From a virus (taxonomy: Duplodnaviria > Caudoviricetes), in IMG/VR virus record IMGVR_UViG_3300042010_000129, positions 192,001 to 256,000 of that record: 64,000 bases of DNA, one strand, 5' to 3'. The notes beneath the pieces are model-generated. The model had not been told where the DNA came from. It was given only the letters and a program-made list of their open reading frames with translations, and made no database searches. A program made the translations under genes and the position numbers. Positions within the stretch are counted from its first letter, which is position 1; the number at the start of each line of letters is the position of its first letter. Below, piece by piece: positions 42,344 to 51,256 of the stretch.

Positions 42344-42531
42344 TTCTCACCCGCTTTGCGCACGTGCATAATATCCAGTGCGTACAATGGTTCGATACCG
42401 ATAGCGCCATGCAAATAAACGCAGCTTACGCTATCGGCGTGTTCAAACTTTATGACCTGTATTCCTAGCTTATTTACAGTTTCTTCCACGTGGCTAGGTT
42501 GGTCGTGGTTGTCGATATAGACTTCGATCAT
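42340..42531 (-). CDS. hypothetical protein
   Basis: 63-aa ORF, overlaps on both sides. Confidence 0.6.
   Translation of the reverse strand: MIEVYIDNHDQPSHVEETVNKLGIQVIKFEHADSVSCVYLHGAIGIEPLYALDIMHVRKAGEK
42471..42480 (-). promoter_or_regulatory. ACTGTAAATA motif (intragenic)
   Basis: Exact copy about 130 nt upstream of ATG 42343. Confidence 0.45.
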
Positions 42532-43805
42532 TAGGTGAAGTTTCGGCTGCTTGTGTTGACGCCGGAAGTCGATGCGCTTCCAGTCTTCTTGGGTGCTGAC
42601 GTGCCCGCCGGATTACCCGCTTCAGTGAGGAACGGACGATACAAATAAAACAGTTCTGCGTATTTCTTCCCGCCCTTCACCATGATCGTTTTACCGCCGA
42701 CGACATAACGCCCGGCGATATCGTTTGGTGTTGGTGCAGCAGGGCCTTTTGCACCCGCGCCCTGTTGGTAATCAATCGACTGAAACGTTTGAATTTCCGT
42801 TGCAGTATCCGACAGGGCAATCACGCTTTCGCTGAACATGGAAAGCAGCCGAACGTTTTGATAATAAGCGCGTTCGTATTTTTCGTGAATGTTGAAACCT
42901 TCGTCGGGGCCAGTGCCCGGATCGAGGCCGCTGTAGGTCACACGGGCGCCGCGTTCTTTTAACTCCGCTGCCACTTCCATATTCACCGGAACACCAGCAG
43001 CGCCGGGCGCCGTAATGTCCATGGATTCAATGGAGAATGTTCCGTTATCATCCGAACCGAAATCGTGCCCGAACAATTTGTGTCCGTAGTTGATGTAGTG
43101 AGAAAACAGACCGGAATAACTTCGGTCTTTTGCTGCACGAACGTCAACCGATTTACCGCTGGCACCGGCACCGTCTTTATTGTGAACCAATGTGTTTTTC
43201 GGTTCTTCTTTTAGGACTGCCATCAGGTCTTTATAAACCAATGTGCCGTCCATGCGCACAATGCGCGCCATGCAACTTTCATCGCTCATGTATCCGCGCA
43301 TCGCCACGTCTTCCGAAAACGACATGCGGGTCTGGCTCACGTTTAGCCAAACCTGTGTGTCTTTCGGTGCGCCGGTCGGGCCTTCAAAACGCAGACCGGA
43401 ACGTTCCGCAATTTGTTGCAGAACATTTGCAGTGTGTCCCTCGAAAGATTCCGTCATGGAACCTGCACCGAATTTCGGTGAATCGAGAATGCACGCGACG
43501 TGAATAACTTTACCGCTGGAGTTCCTTGGTCGGCCCCAACCGAATACGCGAAATTTCATTTCCGGCGCAGTGTCGGCGGTTTTTCCCAAGCGAATAGAAA
43601 TCGTGGTGCCTTCCTTGAGATTGAGGTCACGGCTCAAGGTTTCTTTTTCGTCGTACAGACTAAGTTTCATAGTCGGTAGACCCATACCGAAACCTTCCAT
43701 GATCCAGATATTTTCGATCATGTTCATGGAAGGGGGCATGGGGCTTCCCGCAATATCCAGCGTGCAAAACGCCATGCCTTCAATGTTTAGGGACGCTTGA
43801 GCCAT
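42531..43805 (-). CDS. baseplate hub/tail protein (T4 gp27/gpD-like)
   Basis: 424 aa; position after the lysin and LysM-like genes; hub-like layout (I.I.EG.G..LP..KL.L.D ... S..G...VL.QIA). Confidence 0.55.
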   Translation of the reverse strand: MAQASLNIEGMAFCTLDIAGSPMPPSMNMIENIWIMEGFGMGLPTMKLSLYDEKETLSRDLNLKEGTTISIRLGKTADTAPEMKFRVFGWGRPRNSSGKVIHVACILDSPKFGAGSMTESFEGHTANVLQQIAERSGLRFEGPTGAPKDTQVWLNVSQTRMSFSEDVAMRGYMSDESCMARIVRMDGTLVYKDLMAVLKEEPKNTLVHNKDGAGASGKSVDVRAAKDRSYSGLFSHYINYGHKLFGHDFGSDDNGTFSIESMDITAPGAAGVPVNMEVAAELKERGARVTYSGLDPGTGPDEGFNIHEKYERAYYQNVRLLSMFSESVIALSDTATEIQTFQSIDYQQGAGAKGPAAPTPNDIAGRYVVGGKTIMVKGGKKYAELFYLYRPFLTEAGNPAGTSAPKKTGSASTSGVNTSSRNFT

Positions 43806-43823
43806 ATCCTTTTTCTCTTTTGT

Positions 43824-44153
43824 TTACAGGGTTACGACGACGCTGGAATTAGCGCCCGTTTTCGCCCGTTGCAGGCGCGTACTCATTTCGTTGATATCTG
43901 GAATTTTGATCTTCGTATTTTCTACGATTTCCCAAATGTCCATGTACCCGTTGTAAATCATGATCGCTTTCCACCACTTCGCATTCCGGTACACGTTGTA
44001 TGCGATCAGGGCAGGGTTGAATTGCTCTGTAGCATTTACAGTATATTGGCGATACGAAGTGGTGCCTTCGATTGCTTCGTAGGAGGGATCAAGCAGTGGG
44101 TCAACGCCGTATTCATCCACAATCACAAATTCACGCTGATCATAAACCGGCAT
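43824..44153 (-). CDS. baseplate wedge protein (T4 gp53/LysM-like)
   Basis: P.LIAY.VY....WW..IM.YNG..D...+......KIP. Confidence 0.7.
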   Translation of the reverse strand: MPVYDQREFVIVDEYGVDPLLDPSYEAIEGTTSYRQYTVNATEQFNPALIAYNVYRNAKWWKAIMIYNGYMDIWEIVENTKIKIPDINEMSTRLQRAKTGANSSVVVTL

Positions 44154-44165
44154 ACGTCACTTCCT

Positions 44166-44882
44166 TTAAAGCATGGTGAAGAATTTATCGAGGTCTTCTT
44201 TCGTGGTTGTCCAGAAAGCTTCGAACTCAACGTTAACAGTTGCCGCAATCGGGTTGCCCGCTTGGTCAAACTGCGAATCGAAAGTCGTGTGTACGCTGTT
44301 GATAATACACGGCGTAAATTTCAGAAACCTTCCGACGCGCAAAGTGATTTCGTCACCGCCCAATTGCACACCACCCGAGAAGTCACCGGCCAGAAGCGCA
44401 GTGGTGTTTCCCACGTGCGGCCCCGGCGCAACCAAAGTACCCGCCGCACTTTCTGAAGGCGCGGCAAGTTGCGTCAGCTTTTTGATTTTATCAGTAACTT
44501 CGAAATAGGCACTGTCGTGTGCAACGATCACAAACGGAATCGAAATGGTCATCGCAGAACCCGACGACCAAACCGAACCCGAAAGATATTTCATAATCGA
44601 CGTTACGCCCGTGGACGCACGCAGCACGTCTTCTGCTGTACCTGCTGCGCCGCCCATGCCCGCTGAATCACCGGCAATCTGAGAAAGCGGTTTTGCAAAC
44701 GGACGGTCGTAAGTAGAAGCCAAGGAAAAGCCGAAGTTTTCAGGCAACGGCGTATCCAGTGTTAAGTAGCTCGCCCCTTCGCGGCGCACGTCCAGTTGAA
44801 TCGTGTAGATACTGGAAATTTCCGGTTTGGATCGTGAGCCGCTGGGGATTTTTGGGTTGTACGGATTTGCGATAATTCCCAT
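44166..44882 (-). CDS. tail tube initiator/baseplate cap-like protein
   Basis: 238 aa; position and C-terminal F..CII.SV...FD...D..G.PI.A.V.V.F pattern. Confidence 0.5.
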   Translation of the reverse strand: MGIIANPYNPKIPSGSRSKPEISSIYTIQLDVRREGASYLTLDTPLPENFGFSLASTYDRPFAKPLSQIAGDSAGMGGAAGTAEDVLRASTGVTSIMKYLSGSVWSSGSAMTISIPFVIVAHDSAYFEVTDKIKKLTQLAAPSESAAGTLVAPGPHVGNTTALLAGDFSGGVQLGGDEITLRVGRFLKFTPCIINSVHTTFDSQFDQAGNPIAATVNVEFEAFWTTTKEDLDKFFTML

Positions 44883-47800
44883 TTAAACCATTCCCATATT
44901 TACGAACAAAAGTCCGAAGTCATCCATCATCGCCGGAACGTCGTCGATTTGGGGCATTTCGTTTTTCGCACCACCGCTACTGCCGCCACCAGAACCACCA
45001 CCGCCCGCTGCTGCACCGGCACCGCCGTCAGCTTGCGGAACATCAGTGGAAGCAATCGAAACTTTTTGCACACCGTCAAAAGTATTTCTTTCAACAGATT
45101 CCGGTGCGGGAGTCGAGACTGCTTGTGCAGGTGCAGACATTGGCGAAATCGGAGTAGCACCCGCAGCTTTTGTAACTACTGGCGCATCGTTGTTGTAATA
45201 CGTTGGACTCGCTGGCGACATTGCTGCCACTGGCGCATTCAACGAAGAAACACCGATTTGATCCGTGGAAGTTACGGCAGGCCCGGTGTATGTAACTTTT
45301 TGTCCGCCCATTACTTTCGGACGTTCCGAATACGGTACGGTTTCCGCAGGAGGTTCATCACCACCGAAGAAACTACCGATTTTATCGGCTGCACCATTCA
45401 CAAGTTTTCCGAAACTCGGCAGGCCCGAAGACAAGCGCGGAATTTGCGGCAAACCCGGAATACGCGAAAGCTCACGCAGACCCGGAACCTTGTTGAAAAC
45501 ACCTTGTACTTTCGAATCAACGCCGCGCAATGCACCGTCAACGCCGGGCGCCATAGAACCGAAAGAACCGAGGCCATAAACGCTACCGATTTTCGTAATG
45601 GCTCCAGTTACCGCACGACCGGTTTGTGTTTGCGAAACAGGGCGCGCACGTTGGGAATATCCGGGGGAACCCGGCGAACCCATTGTTTGACCCATTTGCC
45701 CGTGCTGCTGCGACCACGTTGGTTTTCCGTTTGCACCAACAGCAGGTTTCCCCGTTGCAGCTGTGCCCGGCACCGTTACTGGCGTGCCGTTCATCACGTT
45801 AACGGATGGCGGAATTGCTTCCGTTTTTATTTGGTGCGTTTCTGGATTTGTACCGCCCTCAGTAACTGGCGTATCACCCATAACGTTAACGGATGGTGGA
45901 ATTGCTTCCGTTTTTATTTCGTGCGTTTCCGGCCCTTCCTCTTTTTCGTCTACCTCTTCCTCTTCTTCCTCTTCCTCGATTAAATCTTTGCTACCGGCCA
46001 CACCAGATTTAGCAACCGTGCCGCCACCAGCTTCGTCGGCGCCAGATGTTGTGGCTTTTCCACTAGCGGGTGTCGCACCTTTCGTGTTTTCTTCAGCGGA
46101 ATTTGTCGCTACAGCAGCCGCTGCTTTATCCATTTCCTGCGCAGCGCCTTGCATCAATTGTGGTGCAACACCAGCAGCTTTCGTTTCTGGTGTACCGCCA
46201 CCTTTACCGGCGCCGATCATTTCAACGTGCCAAGGCTCGTTGGAAAGTGGACGATGGAAACCGTATTTCTTGAACAGGCCTTTGCCTTCCATTGCCGAAG
46301 CAGAATTGCGATCAATGTCGATTGCAAAACCAGATTCGTGTCGCGACGTACCGGGACGTGCAACGCGTTTGGTATTGCGACCGTATTTAATCCACAATTG
46401 TTCCTGTTCTGCACGGGTACGGAAAGCCGACGCAACTTTAACCTGCGTGCCGCCCTGATTCTGAACCCAATCGCCAACCATGGTAAAAAATGCTTGCTTG
46501 AATTTGCTATTCAAACCGGACATGTTTACCGAGTTGTCATTCGGGATCGTATTCTTTTGGCCGAGTGCATAAAGCGCACCGTCACCGGGACTAAGTTCTG
46601 CCGCAGCAGTACCGCCGCCCGCTTCGTCGCCTGCACCAGTTGTTGCGCCACCACCGCCAGAAGTCGGAGCCATAACGCCGACAGTGCCATTCGACGCAGC
46701 GCCTGTGCCAGCGGCGCCCGATGGTTGACCACCGTAAGCACCGATCATTTTCTGCGAATATTGCGCACCAATTCCGGAACCATCTTTTGCAGCAGAACCC
46801 GGCCCGGCTTTTTCTTCGTTGAGCATTCCCAACAGCGCAGCTTTTTCAGTACCCGCACGTTTGTAAACGGCTTCCTGCGTTGCTTTGTCGCTGGAACGGA
46901 AACGAGTCGAAACCGTGTTGGCCCGTGTTTCTTGGATATAGTCGATCAGTGTTGCATCGTCCATTTCCGCGATATCACGGTTGCCGAATGCATCGCCCAA
47001 AACAGATTTACCGGTAGAAACACCGTACTGAACCGACACGGAATAAAGCGCTTCTTTCAAAGCACGCGAACGCTTATCCAGATCGACGCCGTATTGTTTG
47101 GTGAACCACTGCGCCAGCGGATCGTAGTGCGATTTGGTTGTGAATTTTTGTTGCGCTTTGTCGAAGTTTTCACCATCACGGCCAGCGACTTCTTTGTACT
47201 TCGCGTCGAACTCTTTCGAGCCGGGCGCCAGTCCTCGGAAATCATTGTAATATTGCTGACCTTCCTCAGAACGTAGGAACGCGGTCATGGTGCCAGCTTT
47301 CGAACTCAGCTGGTGTTTACCGTAGGAAACGCCGCCGTTATCACCCTTACCGCTGGAAACGGTGCCGACGCCTTTTCCGCCAGATTCAAACGCAGCACTA
47401 ACCGAACCGAAATCTTGATGGCGTGCTTTTTCGCCAATCATTTTTCCTTGTGCGGCGCGTCCGTCTTGGCGTGCAAAATTATCGCTTGGCGAATTGCCTT
47501 GATCGGGACGGAATTTATCTTGCAGCCAATCGTTACCCGACTGCCAGCCTTTGCGCATTGTACCCGCTTCGCTTTTTTCAAACGTTGCGTTGTCGTACAT
47601 TGCATCCATGGCTTTGCCGCCATAGTACGCAGTTGCCAGCGCCAGAATTGGCCCAAGCGCAGCAGCACCCATACCAGCAGCACGGCCACCGAAACCACCG
47701 AGGCCACCGGGCATTCCTGCACCGCCGCCCATACCCGGAACGCCACCGCCAATGCGTTGCAATTTCGGGCCGTTGCGTTTGAAGCGACCGAGTTTATCGC

Positions 47801-48401
47801 GTTCCTGTTTCGACGCACGTTCGCGCTGCTGATCACGACGCTTTTCACGGATATCATCCATGATTGTGCGACGGCGTTCCTGTGCAGCCAATTGTTTGTC
47901 ATTTACGCGGCTGAATTCGCCTTCGTAAGTGTTGCCCTGAATTTTCGGCTCAGGTTTGGTCGCTTGCTTCTGCATGAATTCAGAAAGGCGCGTGATTACA
48001 TCCGACACGTCTTGAAGGGCGCCCAACTGATCCTGCATCAAACCGGATTGCTGTTGCAGCAAATTCGATTGTTTATTCGACGCCATTACCTGCGTGCGGA
48101 TAACTTGCGTTTGTCCGTCGATGGCGTCGGCGTTCGAACGATCCTGCGATTGATTTGGTTGCGTGCGAACCGCAGGAACATTCGATTTATTTTGCTGATT
48201 TTGTTTCTGATCAGCGCGACCGGTGCGTGCGTAGGAATGGCGTTTCTGCCCCGACAATTTCACGTCATCATCTTGCGCAACGTGAGAGTGCTGCATCAGT
48301 CGCGGTTTGGTTTCAGTCCGACGCTTTGGCCCAACTTCGCGTTCGTTCTTTTCTGTCGCGTGTTTATCGACAATTTCGTTTAATTGGTCTAGAGCAGCCA
48401 T
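44883..48401 (-). CDS. tape-measure-position tail protein with muramidase and M15 peptidase domains
   Basis: N-terminal coiled coil; FESGGKGVGTVSSGKGDNGGVSYGKHQLSS (~46820-47411); SAFRTRAEQ...VARPGTSRHESGFAIDI...EPWHVE (~46220-46535). Confidence 0.8.
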   Translation of the reverse strand: MAALDQLNEIVDKHATEKNEREVGPKRRTETKPRLMQHSHVAQDDDVKLSGQKRHSYARTGRADQKQNQQNKSNVPAVRTQPNQSQDRSNADAIDGQTQVIRTQVMASNKQSNLLQQQSGLMQDQLGALQDVSDVITRLSEFMQKQATKPEPKIQGNTYEGEFSRVNDKQLAAQERRRTIMDDIREKRRDQQRERASKQERDKLGRFKRNGPKLQRIGGGVPGMGGGAGMPGGLGGFGGRAAGMGAAALGPILALATAYYGGKAMDAMYDNATFEKSEAGTMRKGWQSGNDWLQDKFRPDQGNSPSDNFARQDGRAAQGKMIGEKARHQDFGSVSAAFESGGKGVGTVSSGKGDNGGVSYGKHQLSSKAGTMTAFLRSEEGQQYYNDFRGLAPGSKEFDAKYKEVAGRDGENFDKAQQKFTTKSHYDPLAQWFTKQYGVDLDKRSRALKEALYSVSVQYGVSTGKSVLGDAFGNRDIAEMDDATLIDYIQETRANTVSTRFRSSDKATQEAVYKRAGTEKAALLGMLNEEKAGPGSAAKDGSGIGAQYSQKMIGAYGGQPSGAAGTGAASNGTVGVMAPTSGGGGATTGAGDEAGGGTAAAELSPGDGALYALGQKNTIPNDNSVNMSGLNSKFKQAFFTMVGDWVQNQGGTQVKVASAFRTRAEQEQLWIKYGRNTKRVARPGTSRHESGFAIDIDRNSASAMEGKGLFKKYGFHRPLSNEPWHVEMIGAGKGGGTPETKAAGVAPQLMQGAAQEMDKAAAAVATNSAEENTKGATPASGKATTSGADEAGGGTVAKSGVAGSKDLIEEEEEEEEVDEKEEGPETHEIKTEAIPPSVNVMGDTPVTEGGTNPETHQIKTEAIPPSVNVMNGTPVTVPGTAATGKPAVGANGKPTWSQQHGQMGQTMGSPGSPGYSQRARPVSQTQTGRAVTGAITKIGSVYGLGSFGSMAPGVDGALRGVDSKVQGVFNKVPGLRELSRIPGLPQIPRLSSGLPSFGKLVNGAADKIGSFFGGDEPPAETVPYSERPKVMGGQKVTYTGPAVTSTDQIGVSSLNAPVAAMSPASPTYYNNDAPVVTKAAGATPISPMSAPAQAVSTPAPESVERNTFDGVQKVSIASTDVPQADGGAGAAAGGGGSGGGSSGGAKNEMPQIDDVPAMMDDFGLLFVNMGMV
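45775..45932. repeat. 87-bp-period coding direct repeat
   Basis: PETH(E/Q)IKTEAIPPSVNVM..TPVT twice. Confidence 0.85.
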
Positions 48402-48407
48402 GCGGTT

Positions 48408-49376
48408 TTACCTTCTTCTGGTGCCCATCACAGGTTTACCACCGTTCTGTTGTGCTTTTGCTTTTTGTTCCGCTTCGCGCCGGTCAGCAGCCAAAGTGGA
48501 ATGGTGATAGAGGAACATACGCACCGGCATATTCATATCAGGCATAACCCCGAATTGTGACATGAGGTTGTAGCACATTACATAAACGTCTTTGTCGGAA
48601 TTATCCGCAAAGAAGCTCAGCATTGATGGACTCGATTCGTGGAACATTACGTGGTTGCATTGACCGCAACGCAGCCGCACTTTTTCCGTGACGCCGTGAA
48701 ACCATTTCGTTTTTACTTTCTCGATTTCTTGAAAGAGTTCCATGTCCGGCTGTGCCATCAGATAGGCCAGCTTTGCCCGGTATGTTTTACCCTGCTTGAC
48801 CCAACGCGCAATGTCGCCCACATATTTGTAATGCGGGAAATCTGAAACGTGTTCGTAGTAGTCGGTCAGGGTGCCCACGCGAGGCAAAGAAATCTTCGGA
48901 TGGACAAGACGGTTATTGTCATCGTCCAAAGTGTTCAGCTTGATTTCAGTTTGTGGAACAATTTCCGACTGCGTGAAGCCGCACGGTTGCAGCTTAAACC
49001 CCAACCGTTTTGCATCCTTGGCCGTCACGCCGAAACCGATATTGTTTTTGCTGTTCACGTACACCATGTTGTTGCAGGTGTATTGCGCACGAACAGGAAA
49101 ATCAGGGAAAGAACTTTTGCGCAGGCGGGCCATGATGTACATGAAATCGCCGTCTGTTAATTCGTTTACGTCGATGTTGCAGCACATTTGCACCGCACGA
49201 ATAATGTGCTGGTGGGGCCGCGTCTTCGCCGTCATACCAGTGTGCAGCAGCGGCAATTCTTTCAGGACAAATTGCCGCAAATAAATGCGATCAAAACTAT
49301 AGAAGTCATCCAGCGCGGGGTTGCCAGTCAGTAAGTCCCCGACTTCGATAGAGAGCGCGTCCAGATCGTCGCTCAT
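48408..49376 (-). CDS. baseplate hub assembly chaperone-like protein (T4 gp26/gp51-like)
   Basis: Paralog of 49376..50158 (DGDF.YI.A.LR, PRV, GKT, CxxC); position before the tape-measure-position gene. Confidence 0.55.
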   Translation of the reverse strand: MSDDLDALSIEVGDLLTGNPALDDFYSFDRIYLRQFVLKELPLLHTGMTAKTRPHQHIIRAVQMCCNIDVNELTDGDFMYIMARLRKSSFPDFPVRAQYTCNNMVYVNSKNNIGFGVTAKDAKRLGFKLQPCGFTQSEIVPQTEIKLNTLDDDNNRLVHPKISLPRVGTLTDYYEHVSDFPHYKYVGDIARWVKQGKTYRAKLAYLMAQPDMELFQEIEKVKTKWFHGVTEKVRLRCGQCNHVMFHESSPSMLSFFADNSDKDVYVMCYNLMSQFGVMPDMNMPVRMFLYHHSTLAADRREAEQKAKAQQNGGKPVMGTRRR

Positions 49377-50158
49377 TACACGAAGAACGAATGTGCATCG
49401 ACCGTTACATCGAACGCGTGTTCACGTGCGCATTTCTTGCACTTTTTGTGAATGCGTTGCAGCACGCCGTGGTCAAACTGGAAATGTGCGCGGCTGGCTT
49501 TATCGAACAAATCCATGTCGATATTGTCGAGCGAGTTCAAACGTTCGTGCAGGGTTTTGCCTTCACGCAGATAACGCACGGGGCCAATCACTTTCTGATT
49601 GCGCACGTCGGCCCCCAGTTCCTTGTAGGCCACCAGATCGCGCACGCGTGGATAATCCAGCGCCGGATCGAGTTCGGATTCATCCATATATTTCAGGGTG
49701 AATTCTTCGAACGAAACGGTTTGGTTATTGTATTCGTCGCAGTCGTGTTCGATCCAGCTGATCTTGCTCGGATCTTCCATGTGCGCTTCGGCTTCCGTGC
49801 CACGCGCTTCGAAGTATTGCTCGGTCATGCTGTCGATTTCTTCCATCGTGTACAGCTTGCCGCTTTCGTCGCCTTCGCGAGTGAAAACAATACCGGTGCA
49901 TTCCCATTCACAAAAGATCGGGAGGTCACGCGAATAAAAACGCAGCCACGCCAAGATGTAATAAAAATCACCATCGGTCAGCTGGTTTACATCGAAGTCC
50001 ATAACCTGCCCAACAGCTTCGATCATCGGCTTATCGTTTTGGGTCAGAATCGCTTCGGAAAGAAACGGCAAATGACGTGGACGAAAAGGATTGACCTCAA
50101 TTGTTTTGACAGCGTAAGGAATCCCACGGGACGGCAGATTAGAACTATCGAATTTCAT
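49376..50158 (-). CDS. baseplate hub assembly chaperone-like protein (T4 gp26-like)
   Basis: LPSRG.PY....I...PFRP N-terminus; C-terminal CKKC. Confidence 0.6.
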   Translation of the reverse strand: MKFDSSNLPSRGIPYAVKTIEVNPFRPRHLPFLSEAILTQNDKPMIEAVGQVMDFDVNQLTDGDFYYILAWLRFYSRDLPIFCEWECTGIVFTREGDESGKLYTMEEIDSMTEQYFEARGTEAEAHMEDPSKISWIEHDCDEYNNQTVSFEEFTLKYMDESELDPALDYPRVRDLVAYKELGADVRNQKVIGPVRYLREGKTLHERLNSLDNIDMDLFDKASRAHFQFDHGVLQRIHKKCKKCAREHAFDVTVDAHSFFV

Positions 50159-50658
50159 TCGTATGTCACCCTATCAATTGCAAAGTTTTGTTGAATCTTG
50201 ATTGCTTGACCGCCGTTGTTCACTAAGCCGATGGGGCTTGTGGTGGTAGGCCAAACGTCTTCCAGCGTTACAGTCATGATCGGCGTGTCTGTCGTGCGCC
50301 CATCAGTCAGAGCAAATTTCATGTTGCGTTTGTAATTCCCCGGCAGGTAATAATAACCTTCCGTTGGATGCATTACACGATTGCGCCAGTCGTCCACGTA
50401 TTTAAAACTGCGCATCGAAACGTCTTCGTAAAAAGTAATGTCGAATGCACCCAATTCACGAAAGCCGGGATATTGCGCAAAACGACCAGCCATGAAAACG
50501 GGTTTCATGTTGATCGACGGAACTGGCAGCGTTACCGTTTCGACATACGACGGATCGAGGTCGAAAGGCAGTTCAACGCAGTACCAATAAAAATCCAGCA
50601 TCGGGCTTCTGTCGCCCGAACGTTTTTCTATAAATTCTTCGAGCGTAAGGATCGGCAT
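50155..50658 (-). CDS. tail tube-like protein (gp19/gp54 fold)
   Basis: 167 aa from MPILTL; TV.LP...F.ITFYED...W...YK..+....D....L..VWP. Confidence 0.65.
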   Translation of the reverse strand: MPILTLEEFIEKRSGDRSPMLDFYWYCVELPFDLDPSYVETVTLPVPSINMKPVFMAGRFAQYPGFRELGAFDITFYEDVSMRSFKYVDDWRNRVMHPTEGYYYLPGNYKRNMKFALTDGRTTDTPIMTVTLEDVWPTTTSPIGLVNNGGQAIKIQQNFAIDRVTYE

Positions 50659-50677
50659 TTTCAGACTCCACACAAGC

Positions 50678-50713
50678 GAAAAAAGCCCAATGGAAAAAAT
50701 CCACCGGGCTTTT
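50678..50713 (-). terminator. intrinsic terminator
   Basis: AAAAGCCC...GGGCTTTTTT after the tube gene. Confidence 0.75.
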
Positions 50714-50719
50714 CGCGAA

Positions 50720-51229
50720 TCAGATAATGCGCTCTACATAGCCGTAGGCGAAGGTTGCATCCTGACGCAATGCTTGACCACCCGCACCTTCAAAGGCGTA
50801 TTCGGAAATTTCGGTCGGGAACATCCGGTGAATATTCCACGCCGCCGCATCCGCGCCAGTCTGGTCGAACACAGTCAGTTGCGCGGTACGCATGTACGCA
50901 TCGTGGAAACCACCGGTTTGCGTTTGCGTTGCGCGACCAACAGCCGCCCAGTCTTTCAGAGCCTGATAAGTGCGCGCATCGTAAACTTCGTGCAGCGCCA
51001 CGGTCATGCTATGGCTGAAGGTTTTACGTGCAGCAAAAATCAGTTTGTGGCCGAACAATTCGACCTCAACAGTTTGCAGACTGGCGCCGGGCAGGGAAGC
51101 ACCCAAGCACTGAATCCGCAATTGACGACCGTCGCCACCGCCCGGAATGTCAGTGAACAAAAGTTCAAAGTTGTCATTCAGCATCGGGTCGAGCAGGCTA
51201 TACGCTTCGTCCAACGTTACTTTAGGCAT
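50720..51229 (-). CDS. major tail tube protein (T4 gp19-like)
   Basis: 169 aa directly after the sheath; C..ASLPG...W...Y.....V.D..G......FP..IS....F.Y. Confidence 0.8.
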   Translation of the reverse strand: MPKVTLDEAYSLLDPMLNDNFELLFTDIPGGGDGRQLRIQCLGASLPGASLQTVEVELFGHKLIFAARKTFSHSMTVALHEVYDARTYQALKDWAAVGRATQTQTGGFHDAYMRTAQLTVFDQTGADAAAWNIHRMFPTEISEYAFEGAGGQALRQDATFAYGYVERII

Positions 51230-51256
51230 AAATCACCTTTTTTCCATGTTGGATAA

